Position numbers and translations under genes: made by a program. Of a DNA stretch of 64,000 nucleotides, positions 21,526 to 31,592 are shown one piece after another (the stretch's first letter is position 1; each line of letters starts with the position of its first letter). Origin of the DNA: Candidatus Eiseniibacteriota bacterium (GTDB taxonomy: Bacteria > Eisenbacteria > RBG-16-71-46 > CAVPCR01); assembly GCA_963702435.1 (NCBI GenBank), contig CAVPCR010000001.1:800001-864000 (forward strand), in the 5' to 3' direction. The notes under the pieces are model-generated. The model was not told the origin of the DNA. It did not search any database and worked only from the letters and a program-made list of their open reading frames with translations.

Positions 21526-22370
21526 CGGCGCGACTCCTGCCACGGGAAGAGACGGTTCCCGATCGCCACCCACAGCTTGTCGGTGACGAAGGCGACCGCG
21601 ACGATGAGGACGAGCACGAGATAGATGTGCTCGCGCGGCCCCCGCCGCTGCGAGGTGATGATGATCCCGCCGAGGCCCTTCCCGATGTCCACCATCTCGG
21701 CGAGCAGGATGTAGCTCCAGCCGACGCCGAAGCCGAGCCGGAGCGATTCGAAGATGCGCGGCCAGGCCACCGGCAGGAGCACCTGGCGGACCGCCTGGGC
21801 CCGCGAGGCGCCGAGCGTGTAGGCGGTCTTGAGATAGATGTCGTCCACCGCGTCCACCGCCCCCACGATCTGCGGCAGGAGGTAGATGCCGAAGGCCAGG
21901 GCGAGGAAGACGACCTTCTGCAGCTCGCCGGTCCCGAACAGGCTGAGCGTGAGCGGGACCAGGGTCGGAATCGGCAGGTAGGCCCCGAACACGGCCAGCG
22001 GCATGAACGCCGCCCGCACCTTGGTGAACGAGCCCATGAGGAGGCCGAGCGGGAAGACGATGGCCACGGCGAGGAGGAAACCCTCGGCGACGCGCAGGAA
22101 GGAGACGGCGAGATTGCGGGAGACGGCGCGATCGAACCACAGCCCGGGGAAGGAGCGGACGACCTCCCCCGGGCTCGGCAGGATGGTCGGCGAGATCATC
22201 CGCGCCTCGGGCTCGGCCCCGCCGGTGGCGGCGAGCCACACGGCGAGGAGGAGCGCGACCGGGATCACGCCGAGGAGCCAGGCGAGCCAGGGCGGAATGC
22301 GTTCCCTGATGCGGAGCGCCCATATCCCCCCGGCAGACCGGGCCGCACCCCCCGCCGGGCGATCCGTCAC
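21522..22370 (-). CDS. ABC transporter permease (SsuC/TauC-like)
   Basis: ILPSP motif, about 6 TM helices, EAA-loop equivalent TAYTLGAS, and WSYILLAE. Confidence 0.92.
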   Translation of the reverse strand: MTDRPAGGAARSAGGIWALRIRERIPPWLAWLLGVIPVALLLAVWLAATGGAEPEARMISPTILPSPGEVVRSFPGLWFDRAVSRNLAVSFLRVAEGFLLAVAIVFPLGLLMGSFTKVRAAFMPLAVFGAYLPIPTLVPLTLSLFGTGELQKVVFLALAFGIYLLPQIVGAVDAVDDIYLKTAYTLGASRAQAVRQVLLPVAWPRIFESLRLGFGVGWSYILLAEMVDIGKGLGGIIITSQRRGPREHIYLVLVLIVAVAFVTDKLWVAIGNRLFPWQESRR

Positions 22371-24109
22371 TTGGCCTCCGGCGGATAGACCGCGATCTCC
22401 ACTCGGCGGTTGAGCGCCTGGTTCAGCGGGTCCTCGGGATCGGCCGGCTCGTCCCAGGCCTTCCCCTCGATCGCGAACTTGGCGGGCTCGAACTTGAACT
22501 TCTTGACGAGCGCCTCCTTGACCGCGTTGGCCCGATCCAGCGAGAGCTGCTTCACGTCATCGTAGCGCACGCCCCGCTCCTTCATCGAGGAGTCGGTGTG
22601 GCCAAGGATCGCGATCACCGCGCGATCGTACTGCCCGACGAGCCGCGCCACCTTCTCGAGCGTCGCATCGACCGACGGATCGTAGAGCGTGCTGGCCAGC
22701 GCATTCCCCAGATCGTCGTGCTGCGGCTCGTAGAGGTTGGACGAGTTCGGATAGAAGTTGATGCGGATGGTCTGGGTGACGATCGGCGCCTCGGCCGAGA
22801 GCTTCTTGTAGCTCGTCGGCGCGAAGACGGCACGCGCGGGCTCCGCCTGGTGCTTGAAGACGCCTTCCCTGTCGAGCTGCTTGACGATCGTGAAGTCCAT
22901 CACCTCATCGAAGCGGGCCGGTGTCCCGATCAGCCCGAGCTCCCGGTATACGAAGTTGATGTTCTTCCAGCTCCGCTCGAAGTTGGTCGGGCTGTTCGCG
23001 TTGAGGAAGAAGTCCTTGTTCTCGGGGAAGTTGGTCGAGTGGGCGTCGTTGACCATGCCGGCGATCTCGTCCACTGGCATGCCGTAGCCCTCGCCCATCC
23101 ACTGGAAGGCCTGGGCCTTGAACGTCCCGTCGTTGAGGAGGTCCATCCCCTTGAAGATCCCGGCGACCAGGCCCTTCACGATCTCGGGATGATCCTTCGC
23201 GAAGTCGGCGCGCGCCGCCCATACGTCGGCGATCAGCTTGTTGGCCTCGGCCGTGGTGGTGAGGATGCGCGTGCCGGGGACCTTGTCCGGGATGTTGTAG
23301 ATGTCGGGCGCCCACGACACGCAGGCGTCGATCTTCTTGTCGGCGACGAAGGCGGCCGCCGCCTCGAAGGCGGTGGCCGTGTACTTGTGCTTGACCTCGG
23401 CCGGCTGGATCCCGGCGGCGAGCAGCAGGTTGTTGATGAAGTACTGGGACGGGCTGTTCTGGGCGTAGACCACCGTCTTGCCCTTGAGATCCCGCACCGA
23501 CTGGATGTCGCCGCGGACGACGATGCCGTCGCCGCCGCTCGACCAGTCGATCTGCTGGTAGACGCGCGGCGCGGTGCGCGAGTCCTGCATCAGCCCGGGC
23601 GCGAACAGCGCGATCATGTCGAGCGTGCCCCACAGGATGTGGCTCTCGCCCGCGGCGAAGGCGTCGCGCGCCACCACCGGATCGTCGACCAGTTTCAGAT
23701 TCACCTTGAACCCGTAGTCCTTGAAGAAGACCGACTCGGTCGAGGGCGCGAACCCGTGGTTCGCGGCCACGATCGGCAGCCAGCCGATCCAGACGTTGAT
23801 CGGGAACTGGACGATCTTCTCCTTCGCGTCCCACTTGTAGTTCGAGACGCCCTTGACCGGCGGCAGCTTCTCCGACGGCACGTAGGTGTACTCGTTGACC
23901 GTGGTGATGCCCTTGGTGTCGGGGGCCTCGAACTTGCCGGCCTGATCCTTGAAGGCGTCGAGGTCGACATCTCCCGGGCCTTCCTTGCCGGCGGGCAGGA
24001 TCGCGTCGCGGAAGAAGTAAACGGCGCCCGCGACCAGGGCCAGGATGAAGAGCACGAGCACGAGCTTCCCGAGGCCAGTCGTTCCCACCTTCTCATCCGC
24101 CATCATCAA
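22367..24109 (-). CDS. Membrane-anchored SsuA/NMT1-like solute-binding protein fused to a C-terminal OmpA-like peptidoglycan-binding domain
   Basis: N-terminal TM helix; DWSSGGDGIV..DLKGK; C-terminal GHTDSS..LSLDRANAVK..NRRVEI. Confidence 0.88.
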   Translation of the reverse strand: MMMADEKVGTTGLGKLVLVLFILALVAGAVYFFRDAILPAGKEGPGDVDLDAFKDQAGKFEAPDTKGITTVNEYTYVPSEKLPPVKGVSNYKWDAKEKIVQFPINVWIGWLPIVAANHGFAPSTESVFFKDYGFKVNLKLVDDPVVARDAFAAGESHILWGTLDMIALFAPGLMQDSRTAPRVYQQIDWSSGGDGIVVRGDIQSVRDLKGKTVVYAQNSPSQYFINNLLLAAGIQPAEVKHKYTATAFEAAAAFVADKKIDACVSWAPDIYNIPDKVPGTRILTTTAEANKLIADVWAARADFAKDHPEIVKGLVAGIFKGMDLLNDGTFKAQAFQWMGEGYGMPVDEIAGMVNDAHSTNFPENKDFFLNANSPTNFERSWKNINFVYRELGLIGTPARFDEVMDFTIVKQLDREGVFKHQAEPARAVFAPTSYKKLSAEAPIVTQTIRINFYPNSSNLYEPQHDDLGNALASTLYDPSVDATLEKVARLVGQYDRAVIAILGHTDSSMKERGVRYDDVKQLSLDRANAVKEALVKKFKFEPAKFAIEGKAWDEPADPEDPLNQALNRRVEIAVYPPEAK

Positions 24110-24167
24110 TCTCCTTCCTCAAGCGCCTCGTGCCGGCGCGGCGCACCGGGGCCGGCCGGGGGAACCC

Positions 24168-24926
24168 TCACGACTCCCGGACCTGCGGGCCCATGTCCTT
24201 CTGGGGCGGCGCCGGCGCCGGCCCCTCGGCGGCCTTCTCCGCCGGCGGCAGCTCGAGGCCGTAGCTCGCCGCGAACTCGGTGAGTGCCTGCTCGGCAAGC
24301 GCCTGCTGCTCCGCCTCCAGGAGCTCCACCTTGGAGGTGTCGATCGTCGTCGCGGCGACCCGGGTGCGGCCCGCCGCCTTGTCGCGCCGCTCGGTCAGGT
24401 ACTCCTCGACGCGGTTCAGGGTGTCGCCCGAGCCGCCGACCGTGGCGATCATGCCGGTGGCCATCTCCTGGAGCTCGGCCTGCGCCTCGAGCATCTCGGT
24501 CTCGGTCATGAGGCGCTTCAGGTTCTCGATCTTCGCCTGCGCGTCCCTGACCGAGACGTCGCGCGCCTGCACGAGCTTCTTGAAGGTCTCCTCGGCGGTC
24601 GCGAGCTGCGCGCGATTCTCCTCGAGCTGCTCCTTCACCGTCTTCAACTGGAGCGCGTACTGGGCGGCGGCGTTGCGGTTCCCCACCTTCAGGTTGGCCG
24701 CAGCCTTGGCCGCGAGATCGCGCTCCTGCGCCTCGAGGTTCTTGACCTGGCGGAGCAGCCGTTCGGTGAACCCCGCGTGCACGGCGAGGTTGTCGTTGTA
24801 GCGGGCGATCTGCTTGCGCAGGTTCTCCTTCTCGACTTCGATCAGCGCGCGGGGATTCTGGCGCTCGATGCCGGAGATGAACAGACCGAGGAATCCCCTG
24901 ATCAGATTGGAGAGGCGCATCCACAT
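24168..24926 (-). CDS. PspA/IM30 (Vipp1, ESCRT-III fold) family protein
   Basis: Amphipathic N-terminal helix MWMRLSNLIRGFLGLF, NP hinge, long coiled coil, ANLKVGNRNAA hairpin; AAGGAG SD. Confidence 0.9.
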   Translation of the reverse strand: MWMRLSNLIRGFLGLFISGIERQNPRALIEVEKENLRKQIARYNDNLAVHAGFTERLLRQVKNLEAQERDLAAKAAANLKVGNRNAAAQYALQLKTVKEQLEENRAQLATAEETFKKLVQARDVSVRDAQAKIENLKRLMTETEMLEAQAELQEMATGMIATVGGSGDTLNRVEEYLTERRDKAAGRTRVAATTIDTSKVELLEAEQQALAEQALTEFAASYGLELPPAEKAAEGPAPAPPQKDMGPQVRES

Positions 24927-25006
24927 GGCGGGCTCCTTCGCCGGGCAGTCCCGATACGGCGGTCCGCGGGCCGGACCGCACGCGGCAACTTCATTTGACG
25001 GCGCGG

Positions 25007-25036
25007 ATTATCCGCAGAGCCCCGCTCGGGTGTCAA
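25007..25036 (-). promoter_or_regulatory. Sigma70-type promoter of the pspA operon
   Basis: TTGACA-18 nt-GATAAT on the minus strand. Confidence 0.7.
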
Positions 25037-25066
25037 CCTGACCCGGCCCGGCTCGCCCGGCGGCAG

Positions 25067-25095
25067 TTGAACTGGGCGCCGCCGTGGCGCACCAT
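25067..25095 (+). promoter_or_regulatory. Sigma70-like promoter of the DUF692 gene (leaderless geometry)
   Basis: TTGAAC-17 nt-CACCAT, with the ATG 6 nt downstream. Confidence 0.5.
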
Positions 25096-25101
25096 CGGGA
25101 C

Positions 25102-26007
25102 ATGAGCTCGATCGAGAGCCCGGCCTTCAGCGAGCGAGTGGCGCGCCTCCCCCGCCTCGGCCTCGGCGTGTCCACCGAGTTCGGAGCGGCTGCCGCGCCC
25201 GGGGCCCTCGACGTGAACGCGCTCTCCTACGCCCAGCCGCGATGGGCCGCGTTCCTCGAGGTCGGCGTGGAGACGGCCAAGGGGCTCGATCGCTCGACGC
25301 GGGCCTGGGCGGCCCACGGCCTCCCCACGACCTACCACTTCCTGGATCTCAACCTCGATCATCCGGAGGATTTCGACCCGGCGTGGCTCGACCGGGTCAA
25401 GGAGATCGCCGCGATCCTCCGGCCCGCCTGGGTGTGCGGGGACGCCGGGCTCTGGCACTTCGGACCGCGCGACCGCGGACACATGCTGCTCCTCCCCCCG
25501 ATCCTCGCCGGAGAGACCGCCACCGCCATGGCCGCGGGGATCCGCCGCCTCCGGGACGAGCTCGGCCTGGAAGTGCTGCCGGAGAACCCGCCGGGACAGG
25601 TCTTCCTCGGCGATCTCGGTCTCCTCGACTTCTTCGCGCGGCTCGCGGCCGAGGCCGACACCGGGCTCCTTCTCGACTGCGCCCACCTGGCCATCTACCA
25701 GCGGGCGATGGGGCGCTCGCCGCTCGACGGGTTCGACGGCTTCCCCCTCGATCGCGTCGTCGAGATGCATGTCGCCGGGGGCACCGAGGAGGAGCGGGAG
25801 GGGTACCGCTACGTCGAGGACGACCACCTGACCCGGGTCCTGCCCGAGACCTGGGCCATCTTCGAGCACGTGGCGCCGCGCGCCCCGAACCTGAGGGCGG
25901 TGGTCTTCGAGTGCGAGCGGAACCCGCTCCGGGACTGCCTCCCCGTGTTCGAACGCATCCACCGCGTGCTCGCCGACTCGCCGCTCGCCGCCGAGGTCGC
26001 CTCGTGA
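25102..26007 (+). CDS. DUF692 / multinuclear non-heme iron oxidative enzyme (MbnB/TglH/ChrH superfamily), divergent
   Basis: GLGV start, LEV, PENP, LLLDCAH, EMHVAGG, DDH and VFE occur in DUF692 order and spacing. Confidence 0.85.
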   Translation: MSSIESPAFSERVARLPRLGLGVSTEFGAAAAPGALDVNALSYAQPRWAAFLEVGVETAKGLDRSTRAWAAHGLPTTYHFLDLNLDHPEDFDPAWLDRVKEIAAILRPAWVCGDAGLWHFGPRDRGHMLLLPPILAGETATAMAAGIRRLRDELGLEVLPENPPGQVFLGDLGLLDFFARLAAEADTGLLLDCAHLAIYQRAMGRSPLDGFDGFPLDRVVEMHVAGGTEEEREGYRYVEDDHLTRVLPETWAIFEHVAPRAPNLRAVVFECERNPLRDCLPVFERIHRVLADSPLAAEVAS

Positions 26008-26900
26008 GCGGGCGAGCGCTCTACCGGCTCGTGGTCCGGATGCTCTACGACCCGGATCTCGCCCGCGCCGTCTACGCCGACCGGGACCGTGCTCTCGCCG
26101 GCGAGGACCTGACCGCGGAGGAACGGAGCTGGCTCGTGGCGCCCGATCCGCGGGCCTATCGCACGGATCGGGCGCGCCGGGCGCGGACCCTGGCGGCGCT
26201 GATGGAGGAGTTGTCCACAGCCGCCGCCATGGCGCTCCGGCGGGGGCGGGAAGGCGCGCGGCCCCCCGAGACCAAGCTCCTGGAGGCGTTCTTCGCCAGC
26301 CGGTTCTTCCATGACGCGATCCGGGGCGGAGCGGCCATGATCTTCGCCTTCGCCGACTACCTCGAGCTCGGCCCGCCGGGTCAGGTGGACGCGCGCGTCG
26401 GGCCGCTCGCGCGGCTCGACAAGGCCATCGCCGCGGTGCGGCGCGCGCCGGCGCCGCCGGCCGGCGAACCCCGCCCCCACCCCGGCGACTCGACGCACCT
26501 CGTCCTCGCGCCGTGGGCCAGGGTCCTGGCGGTGCCGGCCGGCACGTCGGAGCTCCACCATCGTGTGAGCGGCGCCCTGACCGCCCGCGGGCGGACGGCG
26601 ATCGAGTCGCTCCTCGATCCGCGCTGGTCGCTCCCGGTGCTCCTCGGACTCGAGCCGGATGCGCAGGAGCATCTCGTGGTGGACAAGGTGCCGGAGCCGG
26701 GGATGTCGTGGGCGGACGCTACCCCGCGCTACGCGCCGGTGACGCCCGAGCTCTACTCCCTCCTCAGGTCCGCCGAGACGAGGATCGCCGAGCCGGCGCT
26801 CGCCGCGCGGATGCGGGAGCTCGGCGCCGAGCCCGGCGAGGAAGCAGCGGTCCTCGGGAACCTCGTGACCGAGGGCCTCCTCTGTCCCGCGGCGCCGTGA
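26004..26900 (+). CDS. DUF692-associated partner protein
   Basis: GTGA overlap with the DUF692 gene; helical N-terminal domain; C-terminal winged-helix/RRE-like end (LYSLLRSA..LGNLVTEGLL). Confidence 0.75.
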   Translation: MSGRALYRLVVRMLYDPDLARAVYADRDRALAGEDLTAEERSWLVAPDPRAYRTDRARRARTLAALMEELSTAAAMALRRGREGARPPETKLLEAFFASRFFHDAIRGGAAMIFAFADYLELGPPGQVDARVGPLARLDKAIAAVRRAPAPPAGEPRPHPGDSTHLVLAPWARVLAVPAGTSELHHRVSGALTARGRTAIESLLDPRWSLPVLLGLEPDAQEHLVVDKVPEPGMSWADATPRYAPVTPELYSLLRSAETRIAEPALAARMRELGAEPGEEAAVLGNLVTEGLLCPAAP

Positions 26901-27099
26901 ACCGGCGGAATTGCGGCCCCCCGCTTGCCGGCAGGCAAGAAAGTGCTTCTTTTCCGCAAGAAAAGTCCCCATCGCGTGCGCGATGCGGTAAGAATACGGG
27001 CCATGGACAGGACGCAGCGCTCGCGCGCCGGCCACCATGGACCGGCCGAGCGCCGCCGCTCCACGAGACATAGGCTCCAGGGATTGGAGGAAAAGAACA

Positions 27100-27471
27100 G
27101 TGGCTGCCAAGAAGACCGTGAAGAAGGTCGCCAAGGTGACCGGCCCCGCCGCCTACAAGTTCGCGAAGGCTGACAAGCCGCGCAGCAAGGGAGTGATCGT
27201 CGGGCAGATCGCCGAGAAGACCGGCCTCACGCGCAAGCAGGTCGTGAGCGTGTTCGATGCCATGACCTCGATGCTGCAGAGCGATCTCAAAGCCGGTCCC
27301 AAGTCGTTCAGCCTCGCCGGGCTCGCCAAGTTCACCGTGCAGTACAAGCCCGCGACCAAGGCGCGCAAGGGCATCAACCCGTTCACCGGCGAGGAGGCCA
27401 TGTTCAAGGCCAAGCCGGCGCGCAACGTGGTCAAGATCCGCGCCCTCAAGGCCCTCAAGGACTCGGTGTAG
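27100..27471 (+). CDS. HU family DNA-binding protein with Lys-rich N-terminal extension
   Basis: GGAGG SD then GTG; IAEKTGLTRKQV and ARKGINPFTGE..KAKPA. Confidence 0.93.
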   Translation: MAAKKTVKKVAKVTGPAAYKFAKADKPRSKGVIVGQIAEKTGLTRKQVVSVFDAMTSMLQSDLKAGPKSFSLAGLAKFTVQYKPATKARKGINPFTGEEAMFKAKPARNVVKIRALKALKDSV

Positions 27472-27480
27472 TCAGAGCGC

Positions 27481-27586
27481 ACAGGCCGACGCGTTCGGCC
27501 TGTTGAGAGAAACGGCCCGCCCGCGTTTCGACTCGAACCCTCCGCGGTGAACTGAGCGGATTCGAGCCGGCGCGGGCGGGCCGTTT
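27481..27586. terminator. Two hairpins between convergent HU and metH; bidirectional terminator candidate
   Basis: ACAGGCCGA/TCGGCCTGT (27481-27503) and AAACGGCCCGCCCGCG/CGCGGGCGGGCCGTTT (27510-27525/27571-27586) with inner stems. Confidence 0.7.
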
Positions 27587-27680
27587 ATTGCCGGCCGCGG
27601 CGGCGGAATTCGCGGCGTGCGGCGGCGCTACGCGCCGGGCGGGGCTGCGGGCGCGATCTCGCCGGAGGCAGTGCGGCGCG

Positions 27681-30600
27681 CTACTCGCGGGCCGCGACCG
27701 TGATCTCGGCGGCCTCGGCGGCGCCGGCGGCGAAGTAGACGGCGTCAGGGTGATGGAACACGAGGGCCGACACGCTCGCCTCGGGATCCATCATGAAGCC
27801 CTCGGTGAGATCCACTCCGATGTCGGCGGGCGCGAGCAGCTTGAAGAGCGTCGCCTGATCGCCGAGCTCGGGACAGGCGGGATAGCCGAACGAGTAGCGT
27901 TTCCCGCGATAGTGGGCGCGGAAGCGATCGCGCATGGTCGTCTCCGGCGGGTCGGGGAAGCCCCACAGGTTGCGGAGCCGCGCGTGCAGCCACTCGGCCG
28001 CGGCCTCCGCCGTCTCCAGCGCGAGCGCCGAGAGCGCGTGCGAGCGTACGTACTCGCCGCGCGCCTTCGCTTCCTCGGCGCGGGCGCGGATCCCGGCGCC
28101 GGCGGTGGTGACGAAGAGCGCAACGCTATCGCGGGCGCCGTCCCGCGCCGGCAGCACGAAATCGGGAATGGCGAGCCCCGGCTCCTTCCCCTGCCGCGGG
28201 AAGGCGATCCGGGCCGCCGGCTCCCGCGCCGCGGGCCCGGCGAAGAGGAGGAGATCGTTCCCGGCGCTCTCCGCGGCGAAGAACTGCCAGACCACACGGA
28301 CCTGCATCGCCCCGGCGCGGCACTCGGCCTTGACCGCCTCGACCGCCGCTTCGAGCGCGAGCGCCTTCTCGTCCCCCGCGGCCCGGAGGCGTTCGTAATC
28401 GCCGCGGAGCCCGAGGTGTCGCCCGTAGAGCATCTGCGGATTCAGGTAGGCCCACACCTCGTCGAGCGAGGGCACGTGGAGGACATGGCGCTCCAGGTCG
28501 GGCGCCGGCGGGATCGGGAGATCGGTGCGAACCGCGGCGGAGCGCACCGCAGGGCGCGCCGCGCCCGGGCGGCCGTCTCCGCCCGGCGGCGCGGCCTGGG
28601 CGGCGGCTTGAGCAGCGGCGCTCTTCTCCTCCGCGGCGATCCTGGCGGCGAGCTCGCCGCGACCGGCGGGATCCATGAGCTTGTTCATGAGATCGAGCCC
28701 GTTCATCGCGTCCTTGGCGTAGATGACGAGCCCGTCATACGCCGGCGCGATCCGCGTCCGCGTGAACTTGCCGGTGAGCGCCGCCCCACCGACCAGGATC
28801 GGCACCCCCACCCCGGCATCGCGCATGTCGGCGGCGGTGACCACCATCTGCTGCGCCGACTTGACGAGGAGCCCGGAGAGCCCGACCACATCCGGGGCAT
28901 GCTCGCGCACGGCCGCGATCAGGGCCTCCGGCGGCACCTTGATCCCCAGGTTGACCACCGTGTAGCCGTTGTTCGCGAGGACGATCTCGACCAGGTTCTT
29001 GCCGATGTCGTGCACATCGCCCTTGACCGTGGCGAGTAGCACCTTGCCCCGGGACTGGGTGTCCGCCTTCTCCATGAACGGCTCGAGGTGGTTCACCGCC
29101 GCCTTCATCGCCTCGGCGCTCTGGAGCACCTCGGCCACGATGAGCTCGTTCGCGTTGAAGAGCCGGCCCACCTCGTCCATCCCGCGCATGAGCGGACCGT
29201 TGACGATGTCGAGGGGAGTGCGCCTCCTTGCGCTTCAGCTCGAGATCGGCGATCAGGCCGTCCTTGGTGCCCTCGATGATGTAGCTCGCGAGCCGCTCGT
29301 CGAGCGGGAGCGCCTTCGTGTCGCGCTTGATCCGTGACGCGGCGTCCCGGAAGTGGGCGGCGAAGGCGGCGACCGGATCGGCGCCCCGGTTCCACAGGAG
29401 GTCCTCGGCGAGCGCGCGCTCGCGCTCGGGGATCGAGGCGTAGCGCTCGAGCTTCTCGGTGTTGACGATGGCGAGGTCGAGTCCGGCCCGCGTCGCGTGG
29501 TAGAGGAAGACCGAGTTCAGGACCTCGCGCCCGGCGGCGGGCAGGCCGAACGACACGTTCGAGACGCCGAGGATGGTCTTCGTCTCCGGGAACGCTTCCT
29601 TGATCAGGCGGAGCCCCTCGATGGTCTCGACCGCGCTCCCCACGTACTTCGCATCGCCGGTCCCGCAGGGAAAGGTGAGCGGGTCGCAGATCACGTCCTC
29701 GGGCGGGATCCCGTACTTCCCGGTCATGAGCGCGTACGCGCGGCCGGCCACCTCGAGCTTGCGCTCGCGCGTCACCGCCATGCCGGCGGCCGGATCCTCG
29801 TCGATCGTGCCGCAGACGACCGCGGCGCCGAAACGGCGCGCGAGCGGCAGCACGTGGGCGAAGCGCTCCTCGCCGTCCTCGAGGTTCACCGAGTTGATGA
29901 TCGCCTTCCCCTGGCTGTAGGTGAGCGCCAGCTCGATGACCCGCGGGTCGGTCGAGTCGATCATGAGCGGCGCCTTCACCTTGCGGATGAGCTCGGGCAG
30001 GAAGGCGTCCATGTCGGCGAGCTCGTCGCGATCGGGATCGGCGAGGCAGACGTCCACGATCCCGGCGCCGCCCTTCACCTGGCGGCGGCCGACCTCGCTC
30101 GCCTCCTCCCACTTCCCCGCGGTGACGAGCTCCTTGAACTGGCGCGAGCCGATCACGTTCGTGCGCTCGCCGACGAGGACGGGCCGGTTGTCATCGCTCA
30201 CCTCGAGGAAGTCGATCCCGGAGACGAACGTGCGCCGGTGCTCGGCCGGGACGCGCGGCCGCTTCCCCTCCACCATGGCGGCGAGCGCCGGATGTGCGCC
30301 GGGGTCGTGCCGCAGCAGCCGCCGACGAGGTTGAGCCAGCCCTGCTCCGCGAAGCGCTCGAGCACGCGCGCCATGCCGTCCGGCGTCTCGAGGTAGCGCC
30401 CCTCCGCGTCGGGCAGCCCCGCGTTCGGAATGCAGGAGACGCGGGTCTTCGCGAGCGCCGAGAGGGCCCGCAGGTGATCGGTCATGAACTCCGGTCCGGT
30501 GGCGCAGTTGAGCCCGATCGAGAAGAGGTCCGCGTGCATGACCGAGGCGTAGAGGGCCTCGACGCTCTGCCCGGCGAGCATGGTGCCCGTGGGCTCGATC

Positions 30601-31199
30601 GTGCCGCACACCATGACCGGCACCCGATGGCCGATCTCGGCCGCCGCCGCCGCGATGCCGAGGAGCGCGGCCTTCACGTTCCGCGTGTCCTGCTGCGTCT
30701 CGACGAGGAGGAGATCCACGCCGCCCACGAGGAGCCCCACCGCCTGCTCGCGGAAGGCGGCCGTGAGCTCGTCGAACGTGACGCCCCCGGTCACCGTGAT
30801 GGCCTTGGTCGTCGGACCGATCGAGCCGGCGACGAAGCGCGGGCGCGCCGGGGTCGAGTGCTCGCGCGCGGCCCGGCCGGCGAGCTCGGCGGCGACCCGG
30901 TTGAGCTCGCGGGTGCGCGCGGCGAGGCCGTACTCGGCGAGGACGATCGGCGTGCCGCCGAAGGTGTCGGTCTCGAGGATGTCGGCGCCGGCCTCGAGGT
31001 AGCCGCGATGGATATCGAGGATCACATCGGGGCGGGTGAGGACGAGGTGCTCGTTGCAGCCCTCGAGCTCGGGCCCGCCGAAGTCGGCCGCGGTGAGATC
31101 GCGCGCCTGGATCGCGGTGCCCATGGCGCCGTCGAGGACGAGGATGCGCTCGCGGAGCAGCTCCTCGAGGAGAAGGGTGCGCGATTCGTGGGAGGTCAT
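27681..31199 (-). CDS. metH: Cobalamin-dependent methionine synthase (two frameshifts, at about 30289 and 29221)
   Basis: LDGAMGT, GLNCATG, GGCCGTT, VGERTN, KGDVHDIGKN (B12 His) and RYSFGYPACP, spread over three frames. Confidence 0.93.
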
Positions 31200-31269
31200 G
31201 GCTCCTGGCCCGCTCGTCGTCGGGGGGTTGGGGCCGCGGTGTGGTGCAACGCGGTGCTTGCTGCGCGGG

Positions 31270-31298
31270 ATTCTATCCGGATCGGGACCCGGCAGCAA
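31270..31298 (-). promoter_or_regulatory. Sigma70-type promoter of metH
   Basis: TTGCTG-17 nt-TAGAAT. Confidence 0.6.
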
Positions 31299-31505
31299 CT
31301 TCGCGGCCGACGGGCTGCCAGGAGGCTGCTGCAAAACCCTTCTCGCGGGCGGCACGCAGCGCCGCGGGCGAGGAAACATGCGGCGACCGGTTCGGCGTCC
31401 ACCGGCGGGCACTTTCGGCAGCCTCCGATCCGGTGATCTCCTTGCCGGCCGGAGAGGATTACCGTCGCCCGTCCCACACGCCGCCGTCCGGCATCGATTC
31501 ACCGG

Positions 31506-31534
31506 TTGCCCCTCTGCGCGCCTGTCCATAGAAT
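31506..31534 (+). promoter_or_regulatory. Sigma70-type promoter of arginase
   Basis: TTGCCC-17 nt-TAGAAT. Confidence 0.6.
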
Positions 31535-31592
31535 GTCGCAGAATGCCGTCTCGTCACGCCCTCGGTCAACGGAACGGAGATCCTTGCCGGCC

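Noticed and set aside
27003..27173. Short ORF (MDRTQRS...) as the MNIO precursor peptide
   Set aside because: It overlaps HU out of frame, has poor codon bias, and has a single Cys with no precursor-like repeat or leader.
29215..30295. Programmed frameshifting in metH
   Set aside because: No slippery heptamer or stimulatory structure is seen, and similar indels occur elsewhere in the window.
31200..31500. SAM, SAH or cobalamin riboswitch upstream of metH
   Set aside because: I could not recognise any conserved core, and the predicted promoter leaves only about 65 nt of leader. An Infernal/Rfam scan would settle it.
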